A stretch of 32,000 bases of DNA, taken from the NCBI GenBank assembly GCA_963675915.1, contig OY780959.1:2100001-2132000 (forward strand), given 5' to 3'. The position numbers and the translations under genes were made by a program. Source of the stretch: Coprobacillaceae bacterium (GTDB taxonomy: Bacteria; Bacillota_I; Bacilli_A; Erysipelotrichales; Coprobacillaceae). Shown one piece after another: positions 20,719 to 28,662 of the stretch (position 1 is the stretch's first letter; the number at the start of each line of letters is the position of its first letter). The notes beneath the pieces are model-generated. The model ran no database searches and was not told the origin of the DNA. It worked only from the letters and a program-made list of their open reading frames with translations.

Positions 20719-22053
20719 TTAATTTATTCCTAACTTGTCTTTAATCTGATTCAAGGCTTTTTTGTACTCGACATCCTTTTTCAGTTTTGTCTCCACCCTT
20801 TTACAGGCCTTCATCACCGTAGAATGATCACGCCCGGAATAAATAAGACCGATTTCAACGAAAGTCAGGTCCAGTTGTTCACGCATCAGATACATCCCCA
20901 TCTCTCTAGGGATGGTCAACATTCTTTTTTTGTTTTTGGATACTACCTGAGATATCAATAAATTGTAATATTCAGCAGTAACCTTTAATATTGCATCGCT
21001 TGTAAGCTCTCTTTTTGAAGTGGCAACCTTGATTTTGTCATCTTTGAAAGCTTCTAATGCCAAATCCATGTTGATTTGTTCAGCATGGTAAATAATACTT
21101 ACGAAGAAAAGCCGCTTTAAAGCCCCTTCTAAATTTCTGATGTCCCGACCATAGTTTGTAACCATGAAGTCGACAACATCTTCACTTATCTTTACTTGTG
21201 AGTTTTCTAAGTTATCAATTTTCTTTTTTAATATAGCGCGAGCAGTTTCAAAATTTGGTGGCTCAATCCCATAGGAAAGTCCCGATTTGAATCTGCTGAT
21301 AAGACGATCTTCAATTCCATTGAGTTCATCAGGCATTTTGTCACTGGTGATGACAATTTGCCGATTATTGGCAATCAGGTCATTAAAAATGTGAAAGAAC
21401 ATTTCACTACTTTTATCTTTATTGAATAAAAATTGGATATCGTCGATCAAGAGAATATTGATTTTCCGATATCTTTCGATTAATTCATCTGATTTTTTAT
21501 TCTTTATAGCAGCGACAACTTCGTCAACAAACTCTTTTGAAGTTATGTATCTGATTTTCAAGCTGTTGTTTTGGCTGTATGCGAAATTTCCGATTGCATG
21601 GAGCAAATGGGTTTTACCCAATCCGGGATTCGAATAGATGAAAAGCGGATTGAATGTCGAACCAGGGTTCAAAGCTACGTGCAATGCCGCATTTTGAGCA
21701 AATTGATTCGAAGAACCGACAACGAAATTGTCAAAAGTAAGATCATGTTTGATGTTACTTTCAAATACCTCATTGTTTTGAATCTTAATATAGTCATCAC
21801 TAGACATGACTTTTATAGCTATATTAGTAGAAAGAAGACGTGATAAAATAGATTCTATTTGATCATTGTATTTGAGAATATTGTGAATAACCATATTGAA
21901 GCGATGTGTGATAGTGACAATATTGTCATTTATCGCAACAATTGATGCTGTCCGAAGATAAGAATCGAAAATAATCTTTTCTTCTGGCTTATCATCCAGT
22001 TGTCTCTCTAATTCATCCAAACACAAATGCCAAATCTTATCAAAGTCATTCAT
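20719..22053 (-). CDS. dnaA: Chromosomal replication initiator protein DnaA
   Basis: AAA+ Walker A (GLGKTHLLHAIGN), Walker B (LLIDDIQF), and a C-terminal box-binding helix (GRDHSTVMKACKRVE). Start at ATG 22053 (GGGAGG 8 nt upstream); the track start 22071 is an upstream TTG. Confidence 0.97.
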   Translation of the reverse strand: MNDFDKIWHLCLDELERQLDDKPEEKIIFDSYLRTASIVAINDNIVTITHRFNMVIHNILKYNDQIESILSRLLSTNIAIKVMSSDDYIKIQNNEVFESNIKHDLTFDNFVVGSSNQFAQNAALHVALNPGSTFNPLFIYSNPGLGKTHLLHAIGNFAYSQNNSLKIRYITSKEFVDEVVAAIKNKKSDELIERYRKINILLIDDIQFLFNKDKSSEMFFHIFNDLIANNRQIVITSDKMPDELNGIEDRLISRFKSGLSYGIEPPNFETARAILKKKIDNLENSQVKISEDVVDFMVTNYGRDIRNLEGALKRLFFVSIIYHAEQINMDLALEAFKDDKIKVATSKRELTSDAILKVTAEYYNLLISQVVSKNKKRMLTIPREMGMYLMREQLDLTFVEIGLIYSGRDHSTVMKACKRVETKLKKDVEYKKALNQIKDKLGIN

Positions 22054-22086
22054 GTTTTCTACCTCCCACAAGGAAAATTATATATG

Positions 22087-22190
22087 TTATTCACATCAAA
22101 ATAAAGGCATTTTTTAAATGCCCAGAGTTATGCACATCAAAAGTCACAAAAAAATGTGCATTTTCTCTAAGTTAGTTAGGTTTATACACA
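22087..22190 (+). promoter_or_regulatory. oriC: oriC part 1: cluster of three same-orientation DnaA boxes upstream of dnaA
   Basis: TTATTCACA (22087..22095), TTATGCACA (22128..22136) and TTATACACA (22182..22190) each have 1 mismatch to TTATCCACA. Weaker boxes are at 22278..22286 (TTAGTCACA) and 22320..22328 (TAATTCACA). Confidence 0.75.
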
Positions 22191-22787
22191 TTGGTAACAA
22201 ATTTCAAATTGAGCCTAAATTTTAGTCACTGTTACTAATGAGGAACAACTTTCTGGTTTTAAAAACAAGGAACAATATTAGTCACATTAAAAATGTCGCC
22301 ATATCAGCACTTTTAGTGTTAATTCACAGCAATTCACATAAATTCATATCATAAAATCACAGAATAAGCCAAAATTGACGATTTTGTAATTAATGTAGAA
22401 AAAATCAGGATATTTTAAGTTTACAAATGTCACATAATATTGGGACATTATCTACTCGTCCGGTTTATCACCTGCAATTGTTGCCAAGTTGAAAATAGTA
22501 AGATATAATGGCCTGAATTTATGAATCATTAGATTGAGGGGACATTTGGGGGTGTAATGCAATCAGGATATTAGAAAAAGAAAATTCAAAAGTCACAATG
22601 TGACAATTCAAGGTTGTGGCCTAATATGATACAATGGCATTGTGAAGATGATCAGGATCAACTATTTAATACCACCAATAGCCAGTAATATGAGTAATAA
22701 AGATAATATTGTAAAAATAGCCGATAAATTTAGTTGATTTTATCATCATTATTTTGGTGAGGTCCAAATAAAAAAATAAAAAAAAAA

Positions 22788-22817
22788 TTGACTTGGACGA
22801 CCTAAATAGTATATAAT
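22788..22817 (+). promoter_or_regulatory. rpmH promoter
   Basis: TTGACT (22788..22793), 18-nt spacer, TATAAT (22812..22817). It is preceded by a long A-tract (22764..22787) that could serve as an UP element. Confidence 0.65.
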
Positions 22818-22871
22818 TGTTAAGCATATGTTAAATGTATAAAAATATAGTATTATGGAGGTGTTTATTTT

Positions 22872-23006
22872 ATGAAAAGAACATATCAACCAAATAAAAG
22901 AAAAAGAGCAAAAACTCATGGTTTTAGAGCCAGAATGGCAACTGTTGGTGGAAGAAAAGTTATCGCACGTCGCCGTAAAAGAGGAAGAAAAAGCTTAACA
23001 GTTTAA
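22872..23006 (+). CDS. rpmH: 50S ribosomal protein L34
   Basis: Too short for the ORF track. ATG 22872 gives [44 protein letters not shown] (44 aa), with RBS GGAGG upstream. Confidence 0.97.
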   Translation: MKRTYQPNKRKRAKTHGFRARMATVGGRKVIARRRKRGRKSLTV

Positions 23007-23009
23007 GAG

Positions 23010-23037
23010 AAATCCACTTTTATAGTGGATTTTTTTC
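23010..23037 (+). terminator. Intrinsic terminator or attenuator after rpmH
   Basis: AAATCCACT tttat AGTGGATTT followed by TTTTT. Confidence 0.75.
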
Positions 23038-23051
23038 TTATTTAAGTAATT

Positions 23052-23396
23052 ATGAAAAAAGAATATCGCGTAAAGAGAAACGAAGATTATTCAAAAATCA
23101 TCTCCAAAAGAAACAGCGTTGCCAATCAAGCTTTTATTGTCTACTCAATGAATAATGGTCTTGATCATGCCAGAGTAGGAATTTCGGTATCCAAAAAATT
23201 GGGAAATGCAGTTGTACGAAACAAGCTGAAACGCCAGATACGGGCAATGACCAATGAATTAATGGATTTCGAGCGGAAAAATGATTATATTATCATAGCA
23301 AGAAAAGGTTATTTAAGGTATAATTACAACGATAATAAAAATTTGTTAAACAAATTATTTAACAAAATAAATAAAAAGGACGGAAAAAAATGTTAG
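23052..23396 (+). CDS. rnpA: Ribonuclease P protein component
   Basis: 114-aa basic protein with the RNR-type motif VSKKLGNAVVRNKLKRQIR, directly downstream of rpmH. Confidence 0.93.
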   Translation: MKKEYRVKRNEDYSKIISKRNSVANQAFIVYSMNNGLDHARVGISVSKKLGNAVVRNKLKRQIRAMTNELMDFERKNDYIIIARKGYLRYNYNDNKNLLNKLFNKINKKDGKKC

Positions 23397-24301
23397 CACT
23401 TGATAAAAGGACAAAAAATTATTTGAAAGCAGCTCTATTGCTTCTTGTACTGGTAGTATTGACAGGATGTGCAAGAAACTTAGACTCATCAGGTAATTTG
23501 ATTGCTGATCGTGCAATAAACTCATCGACTCCATGGGATCTATCAAACGGGATTTTCAACTTCATCCTGGTAATTCCTTTGGCAAAATTGATTTTGTTCA
23601 TCACTGATATTTTCGGAAATGTGGCTGCCGGGGTAATCGTAGTTACAATTTTGGTCAATATCATCATCTTGCCGGTTATGATCAAATCAACTGTATCAAC
23701 TCAAAAAATGCAATTGTTACAGCCGGAAGTACAAAAAATCCAGAATAAGTACCGTGGCCGTCGCGACCAAGCGTCACAAATGCGCATGCAAGCGGAAATG
23801 AACGAACTATACAAGAAAAACAATGTTAGTATGTTCGGATCTATGACTACTTTGGTAACTTTACCAATCATGATTGCAATGTGGCAATCGGTTCAAAGAA
23901 TTGAAATCCTGTACACTACAAGTCTTTTGGGAATCAATCTTGGAAGTATCCCGATGGGTCAAATCACATCAGGTAATTTCGCTTACTTGGCCTTGATTCT
24001 TCTTGTCGGAATTACTCAATTCTTTGGTATGCAGATGACAAACATCATGATGAAACGTAAAAAATCTTATCGTGAAACATCTCAAACAAAACAGATGAGG
24101 ATGACTCAAAACATTATGTCAGTATTCATCATCTATATGGCGGCAATCATGCCATCGGCAATGTCGTTATACTGGATCACTACAAATGTGATCAATATTA
24201 TCAGAACTTGGTATATTTATGAACACCATGTTGAAGAAAAGAAAGAAGTAGAACCAGAATTACCAGATTATGTAAAAAAAGATATTGATAAAAAAGATTA
24301 A
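23390..24301 (+). CDS. yidC: Membrane protein insertase YidC (lipoprotein type)
   Basis: 303-aa ORF with lipobox LTGC at residues about 24-27, multiple TM helices and a basic C-terminal tail. 7-nt overlap with rnpA. Confidence 0.9.
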   Translation: MLALDKRTKNYLKAALLLLVLVVLTGCARNLDSSGNLIADRAINSSTPWDLSNGIFNFILVIPLAKLILFITDIFGNVAAGVIVVTILVNIIILPVMIKSTVSTQKMQLLQPEVQKIQNKYRGRRDQASQMRMQAEMNELYKKNNVSMFGSMTTLVTLPIMIAMWQSVQRIEILYTTSLLGINLGSIPMGQITSGNFAYLALILLVGITQFFGMQMTNIMMKRKKSYRETSQTKQMRMTQNIMSVFIIYMAAIMPSAMSLYWITTNVINIIRTWYIYEHHVEEKKEVEPELPDYVKKDIDKKD

Positions 24302-24316
24302 TAAGAAGGTGTAATA

Positions 24317-24916
24317 ATGAAGGTTTATAGCGGTAAAACTTTAGATGATGCATTGGAAAATGCATGCAGTGATTTACAAACTGATAAAGATAATATCTTT
24401 TATGAAATTATCAAGGAAACAAAAGGATTATTTTCCAAAAAAGTGGAAATAAGTTGTTTCACTGAAGAGATGGTTCGCGAATACGTTGAAAAATACTTCA
24501 ATGATATTGTGACTGAAATGGGATTCGAGGTAGAAACAGTTTCTTACATCCAAGATGGCAGAATCTACTGCAATATGAATACCAACCACAATTCAATTTT
24601 GATTGGACGTGGCGGAAGCATTCTTAGAGCATTCACTATCATCATCAGATCTTCGGTAAGTAATATATTCAAGAAGAGATTCGAAATTAGTTTGGATATC
24701 AATGGATATAAAGAAGACCGTTATAAAAAGGTTTCGTCAATGGCGAAACGCTTCGCTAAACAGGTTCAACGGACTAAACATAAGATTGAGTTGGATCCGA
24801 TGCCTGCTGATGAGCGCAAAGTCATGCATAAAGTGGTTGACAGTTTCGACCATGTTAAGACTGAATCGGTAGGAGAAGGCCGCAACCGCCATATGATCAT
24901 TTCATATTACGAATAA
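24317..24916 (+). CDS. jag: RNA-binding protein Jag/KhpB (Jag_N, KH, R3H)
   Basis: 199-aa ORF starting MKVYSGKTLDDALENAC, with a KH-like GRGGSILRAF and an R3H-like region (ERKVMHKVV). Canonical position after yidC. Confidence 0.85.
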   Translation: MKVYSGKTLDDALENACSDLQTDKDNIFYEIIKETKGLFSKKVEISCFTEEMVREYVEKYFNDIVTEMGFEVETVSYIQDGRIYCNMNTNHNSILIGRGGSILRAFTIIIRSSVSNIFKKRFEISLDINGYKEDRYKKVSSMAKRFAKQVQRTKHKIELDPMPADERKVMHKVVDSFDHVKTESVGEGRNRHMIISYYE

Positions 24917-24919
24917 ACG

Positions 24920-24945
24920 AAAAGGACCAATCCTGGTCCTTTTTT
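24920..24945. terminator. Bidirectional terminator between convergent jag and the oxidoreductase gene
   Basis: AAAAGGACCA atcc TGGTCCTTTT with A/T runs on both sides. Confidence 0.8.
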
Positions 24946-24950
24946 GAACG

Positions 24951-25913
24951 CTAACAACTAAGATTACCGTGGATTTTGGCTCTTTCAAGAACTTCCACCA
25001 CATCAATGGTATGGTCAAGTAAAGTCACCATTTCCTGGTAATCACTATTGCTGATTATTCTGATGAATGTCTCGAATTCGGGAAGCATCCGATGCAATGC
25101 GTGATTTTCAACAATAATTGGTTCACTTCCGTTTAATTTGAACTGACTATGATTAAGTTGTGAGACTGGGCCCTCGATTTGGACATAACCTTGGTCACCC
25201 TGGATTGTCGAAGAAATCGGAGCTTTAGTATCTTTCGAACCAATGCATACCGCTTTGAATTGGGGGTAGTCTAGAATCAAAACGCCTGAAGTGTCCACGC
25301 CTTCCCGTATATTGGGATAGTAGAATATATTTTCCGGTCGGCCGAAAAGTCCGACAACAAAGTGAATATTATAGACATTGAGATCGAACAAGGCACCGCC
25401 GCCTTTGGCAATATCAAAAGCCGGCAGAATGACTCCTTCTTTGAATTGGTCATACCTTGACGAATATTGGGAAAAATTGCAACTTACAATTTTAATATCT
25501 CCCATTTTTTCGGTCATTTCTTTAATCTTTTTAAATGGTTCTAAATGAATGTTGGTAATGGCTTCGAAAAGATATAATTTTCGTTCAAGTGCGATTTTTT
25601 TTAAAACAACCGCATCTTCAAGATTCAGGGTGAATGATTTTTCAACAATAACATTCTTGCCCTTCAAAAGTGCTTTTTTCGCAAAATCGAAATGGAGATG
25701 GTTGGGCAGGCCGATATAAACTATTTCAACATCGCTCTCGAGCATTTCATCGTAATCATTGTAATAATTGGCAATCGAGTATTTTTCGCACAAAGGATGC
25801 CCTTTTTCAATATTGCGACTATAAAGGGAGTGGAGTTCGTAACCGGGAATCGAACCGATTACTTCTAGTAGTGTTGTTACTATTTTACCACTGCCGACTA
25901 TTCCTAACTTCAT
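24951..25913 (-). CDS. Gfo/Idh/MocA family NAD(P)-dependent oxidoreductase
   Basis: 320-aa ORF with an N-terminal Rossmann motif (MKLGIVGSGKI) and LLKGKNVIVEKSF (an EKP-like motif). RBS AGGAGG. An extended -10 TGtTATAAT lies upstream. Confidence 0.85.
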   Translation of the reverse strand: MKLGIVGSGKIVTTLLEVIGSIPGYELHSLYSRNIEKGHPLCEKYSIANYYNDYDEMLESDVEIVYIGLPNHLHFDFAKKALLKGKNVIVEKSFTLNLEDAVVLKKIALERKLYLFEAITNIHLEPFKKIKEMTEKMGDIKIVSCNFSQYSSRYDQFKEGVILPAFDIAKGGGALFDLNVYNIHFVVGLFGRPENIFYYPNIREGVDTSGVLILDYPQFKAVCIGSKDTKAPISSTIQGDQGYVQIEGPVSQLNHSQFKLNGSEPIIVENHALHRMLPEFETFIRIISNSDYQEMVTLLDHTIDVVEVLERAKIHGNLSC

Positions 25914-26087
25914 AAGAATCCTCCTTTTCTTGATTATAACATAGCGCTACGTTCAAGAGCGGACAAAATTAATAACCAGTTAAAAAACGGGGTTTATGAT
26001 AATGAAGATGCCAAGGGGCATAAATTAAATATAATGCAAAAAAAATATTTTTAAGTTATAATTACTAAAAAAGTAGGTGAATAATAT

Positions 26088-27422
26088 ATGGAAGAAGATA
26101 TAATTGTTGCTATTGCCACAAGTCGTCTGGAAGCGGCAATTTCGGTGGTGAGATTGTCAGGTGAAGGAGTAATTGATTTTGTTCAATCATTTTTTACCGG
26201 CAAGATTGCCAAGGCAGCGAGTCATACAATCAACTATGGTTTTTTAATGGATAATGAAATCAGGGTGGACGAGGTCCTTGTAAGCATATATCGGGGAACC
26301 AGAACGTTTACCGGTGAGGAAATGGTCGAAATAAGTTGCCATGGTGGGGTGTTCATAACCAACAAGGTTCTGGAACTATGCCTGAAAAAGGGAGCCCGAA
26401 TGGCAACAAGAGGCGAATTCACCAAACGAGCTTTCCTTAATGGAAGAATCGACTTGGCCCAATCGGAAGCGGTTTTGGACATGATCACAGCCAAAAATGA
26501 ATATGCGAGTCAGTTGGCTTTGAAAGGGATCCAAGGGAGTGTATCTAATTTCCTTAATGATCTTGAAGAGGAGTTAATCGCCATTATTACCAATATCGAG
26601 GTGAATATCGATTATCCTGAATATTTGGATATCGAGCAGCTTACGACTGAGGTTCTTTTGGAAAAATCGGTTTCGCTCCATCAGAAAATGGAAAGGATCA
26701 TCGAGGATTCAAAAAATGTCAAACTGATTAAAGACGGAATCAGTACGGTCATCATTGGTAAGCCGAATGTCGGAAAGAGCAGTTTGCTCAATGCGTTGCT
26801 TAAAGAAGACAAGGCAATCGTTACTGATATCGCTGGAACAACCAGAGATTTGGTTGAAGGAAGTATTTCGGTGGATGGAATAATGCTTAATATGATTGAT
26901 ACTGCCGGAATCAGGGAAACCGACAATATGATTGAAGCAATCGGAGTCTCAAAATCGCGGGAGCTGATCAATCAGGCTGATTTGGTCTTGTTAGTGATTG
27001 ATGGTTCAAGAGAATTGGAAAAAGAGGACCGGGAACTGCTGGAATTGACCGAAAACACCAATCGGATTTTGATTATCAATAAGCAGGATATCGGTCAGGT
27101 GGTTGATCTTGAAGGAATTCAGATCAGTGCCAAAAACCAGGATATTCACAATCTTACTGAAAAAATCAAGGAACTTTTCAATCTGGGAATGATAGCGAAA
27201 AACAGCGAAAATCTGCTGACGAATGTCCGACAAAGCCAGTTGCTTTATCAAGCGAGTCAAGCGTTGAATACTGCGATTGAGGCGATGAATAATCTTATTC
27301 CGCCGGATCTTGTTGTCGAGGATCTTTATGAAGCATGGAGCTACATCAAAGAAATATTGGGACAGGAAGCCAAAGAAGATTTGCTGGATGAATTGTTCAA
27401 GCGGTTCTGCATAGGTAAATAA
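26088..27422 (+). CDS. mnmE: tRNA uridine-5-carboxymethylaminomethyl(34) synthesis GTPase MnmE
   Basis: 444-aa ORF with G1 GKPNVGKSS, G3 DTAGIR and the C-terminal CIGK tetrapeptide. Confidence 0.95.
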   Translation: MEEDIIVAIATSRLEAAISVVRLSGEGVIDFVQSFFTGKIAKAASHTINYGFLMDNEIRVDEVLVSIYRGTRTFTGEEMVEISCHGGVFITNKVLELCLKKGARMATRGEFTKRAFLNGRIDLAQSEAVLDMITAKNEYASQLALKGIQGSVSNFLNDLEEELIAIITNIEVNIDYPEYLDIEQLTTEVLLEKSVSLHQKMERIIEDSKNVKLIKDGISTVIIGKPNVGKSSLLNALLKEDKAIVTDIAGTTRDLVEGSISVDGIMLNMIDTAGIRETDNMIEAIGVSKSRELINQADLVLLVIDGSRELEKEDRELLELTENTNRILIINKQDIGQVVDLEGIQISAKNQDIHNLTEKIKELFNLGMIAKNSENLLTNVRQSQLLYQASQALNTAIEAMNNLIPPDLVVEDLYEAWSYIKEILGQEAKEDLLDELFKRFCIGK

Positions 27423-27423
27423 G

Positions 27424-27645
27424 ATGAAAAGAAAAGAAATAATTATCCAATCATACGAGCGTTACAGCCTCTATATGATCCGGGCATTGCTGGTTACCGC
27501 AACTGTATTGATTGTGGGATTAATTATGGCAATGTTCCTGACCATCGGATCAATAATTGCATATTTCGCATTTTTAGTATTTGTGGTGAGTGCAATCCAA
27601 CTAGTGGTATTGAAATTGATATTATTAATATTGAAAAGGAAATAA
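27424..27645 (+). CDS. Hypothetical small membrane protein (two predicted TM helices)
   Basis: 73-aa ORF whose ATG lies 1 nt after the mnmE stop. It has two long hydrophobic stretches and basic ends (MKRKE..., ...LKRK). I recognise no family. Confidence 0.55.
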   Translation: MKRKEIIIQSYERYSLYMIRALLVTATVLIVGLIMAMFLTIGSIIAYFAFLVFVVSAIQLVVLKLILLILKRK

Positions 27646-27657
27646 GGGAAAATAGGT

Positions 27658-28491
27658 ATGAATTTAACCAATAACGAATTATTTACACAAATTGACAAGT
27701 TATTTGTCGATGGCGCACTAAATGGCGCTATGACCATAATCGGAACTTTGATTGTAGTCAGAGTCCTAAATACATTGATTAAACGAGCAATCACGAAAAG
27801 TAAATTTGAAAAGAAAGATATTGCCATAAAAATAATCAGAATAATGTTAAGAGTGGCCGCGATTGTAGTTGTCATGATGCAATTCACTTTCACCCAAACC
27901 ATCACTGGAGCCCTGCTGGCATCCGGAGGGGTTGTTGCAGTTACTGTCGGGCTGGCATCTCAGGAAGCGGCTTCGGGGGTTGTTAGTGGGTTCATGCTCA
28001 CTGTCTCGAGACCTTTCTCAATTGGCGATTATATTTCACTACCTTCCCAAGGAGTCGAAGGATATATCGTTCAGATGAATATCCGCCACTGTGTCGTGGA
28101 AACCTTTGACAAGACGGAAATAGTTGTTCCCAATACGATGTTGAATCAGTCTATTATTGAAAACGTAAGTGCCAATGAAAAATATCGTGTCAACAGAATT
28201 GTATTTGGAATTTCATACGAATCCAATATTGACCGCGCGATTGAAATCATTAAAGAGGAAGCGCGAAATCATCCGCTTTACCTCGATGTCAGAACGGATA
28301 AAAACTCTGATGAGATCCCAGTTGCCTGTATGGAACTGGCTGACAGTTCGGTTAATTTAAGAGCGACTGTGACTACCAAAGATATGCTTGACGGCTATAA
28401 AGTCAAATCCGATCTTAACATTGCTATACTGAAAAGATTCAAAGCGGAAAATATTGAAATTCCGTATCCTCATATTCAAGTTATAAATTAA
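27658..28491 (+). CDS. Mechanosensitive ion channel (MscS family)
   Basis: 277-aa ORF with N-terminal TM helices followed by the MscS beta-domain pattern (RPFSIGDYISL...GYIVQMNIRHCVVETFDKTEIVVPN). Confidence 0.85.
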   Translation: MNLTNNELFTQIDKLFVDGALNGAMTIIGTLIVVRVLNTLIKRAITKSKFEKKDIAIKIIRIMLRVAAIVVVMMQFTFTQTITGALLASGGVVAVTVGLASQEAASGVVSGFMLTVSRPFSIGDYISLPSQGVEGYIVQMNIRHCVVETFDKTEIVVPNTMLNQSIIENVSANEKYRVNRIVFGISYESNIDRAIEIIKEEARNHPLYLDVRTDKNSDEIPVACMELADSSVNLRATVTTKDMLDGYKVKSDLNIAILKRFKAENIEIPYPHIQVIN

Positions 28492-28493
28492 GC

Positions 28494-28517
28494 AAAAAAG
28501 GACATTTGTCCTTTTTT
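28494..28517 (+). terminator. Intrinsic terminator after the MscS gene
   Basis: AAAAAAGGACA ttt TGTCCTTTTTT immediately after the stop. Confidence 0.85.
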
Positions 28518-28662
28518 ATTTGATTTTGTTTGGTTATAATGACACTTTAATTCGGACAATATGAAGAAAATAAGGATATTTATTGGTTTATTTATCATCA
28601 AACTTTTAAATTTTATTGTCTGGAGCTATAATACCTATATATAGGAAAGAGAGGATATATTC

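Noticed and set aside
22054-22071. Track N-terminal extensions of dnaA (22071), dnaN (20589), dnaX (8085), yaaA (19290), rsmI (2283), the HAD gene (13477) and the thioesterase gene (11329)
   Set aside because: In each case the extension starts at an upstream TTG or ATG that overlaps the Shine-Dalgarno sequence or the preceding gene. An internal ATG has a GGAGG/GAGGG-type RBS 7-9 nt upstream and gives the conserved N-terminus.
22238-22357. 39-codon plus-strand ORF (MRNNFLVLKTRNN...) inside the origin spacer
   Set aside because: It has no RBS and overlaps the phased AATTCACA repeats. It is most simply a chance ORF in non-coding origin DNA.
27471-27905. Minus-strand 144-aa ORF, plus similar antisense ORFs at 28869..29306, 29511..29828, 11775..12134, 12918..13244, 15234..15569, 17267..17605, 18609..18929 and 26681..26971
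   Set aside because: All lie fully inside, and antisense to, strongly supported CDSs (MscS, permease, MFS, HAD, gyrA, gyrB, recF, mnmE). None has an RBS or a recognisable motif. Long antisense ORFs are common in A/T-rich genomes.
28519-28662. Purine riboswitch upstream of the NCS2 permease
   Set aside because: The conserved riboswitch core segments are absent when the leader is read on the sense strand.
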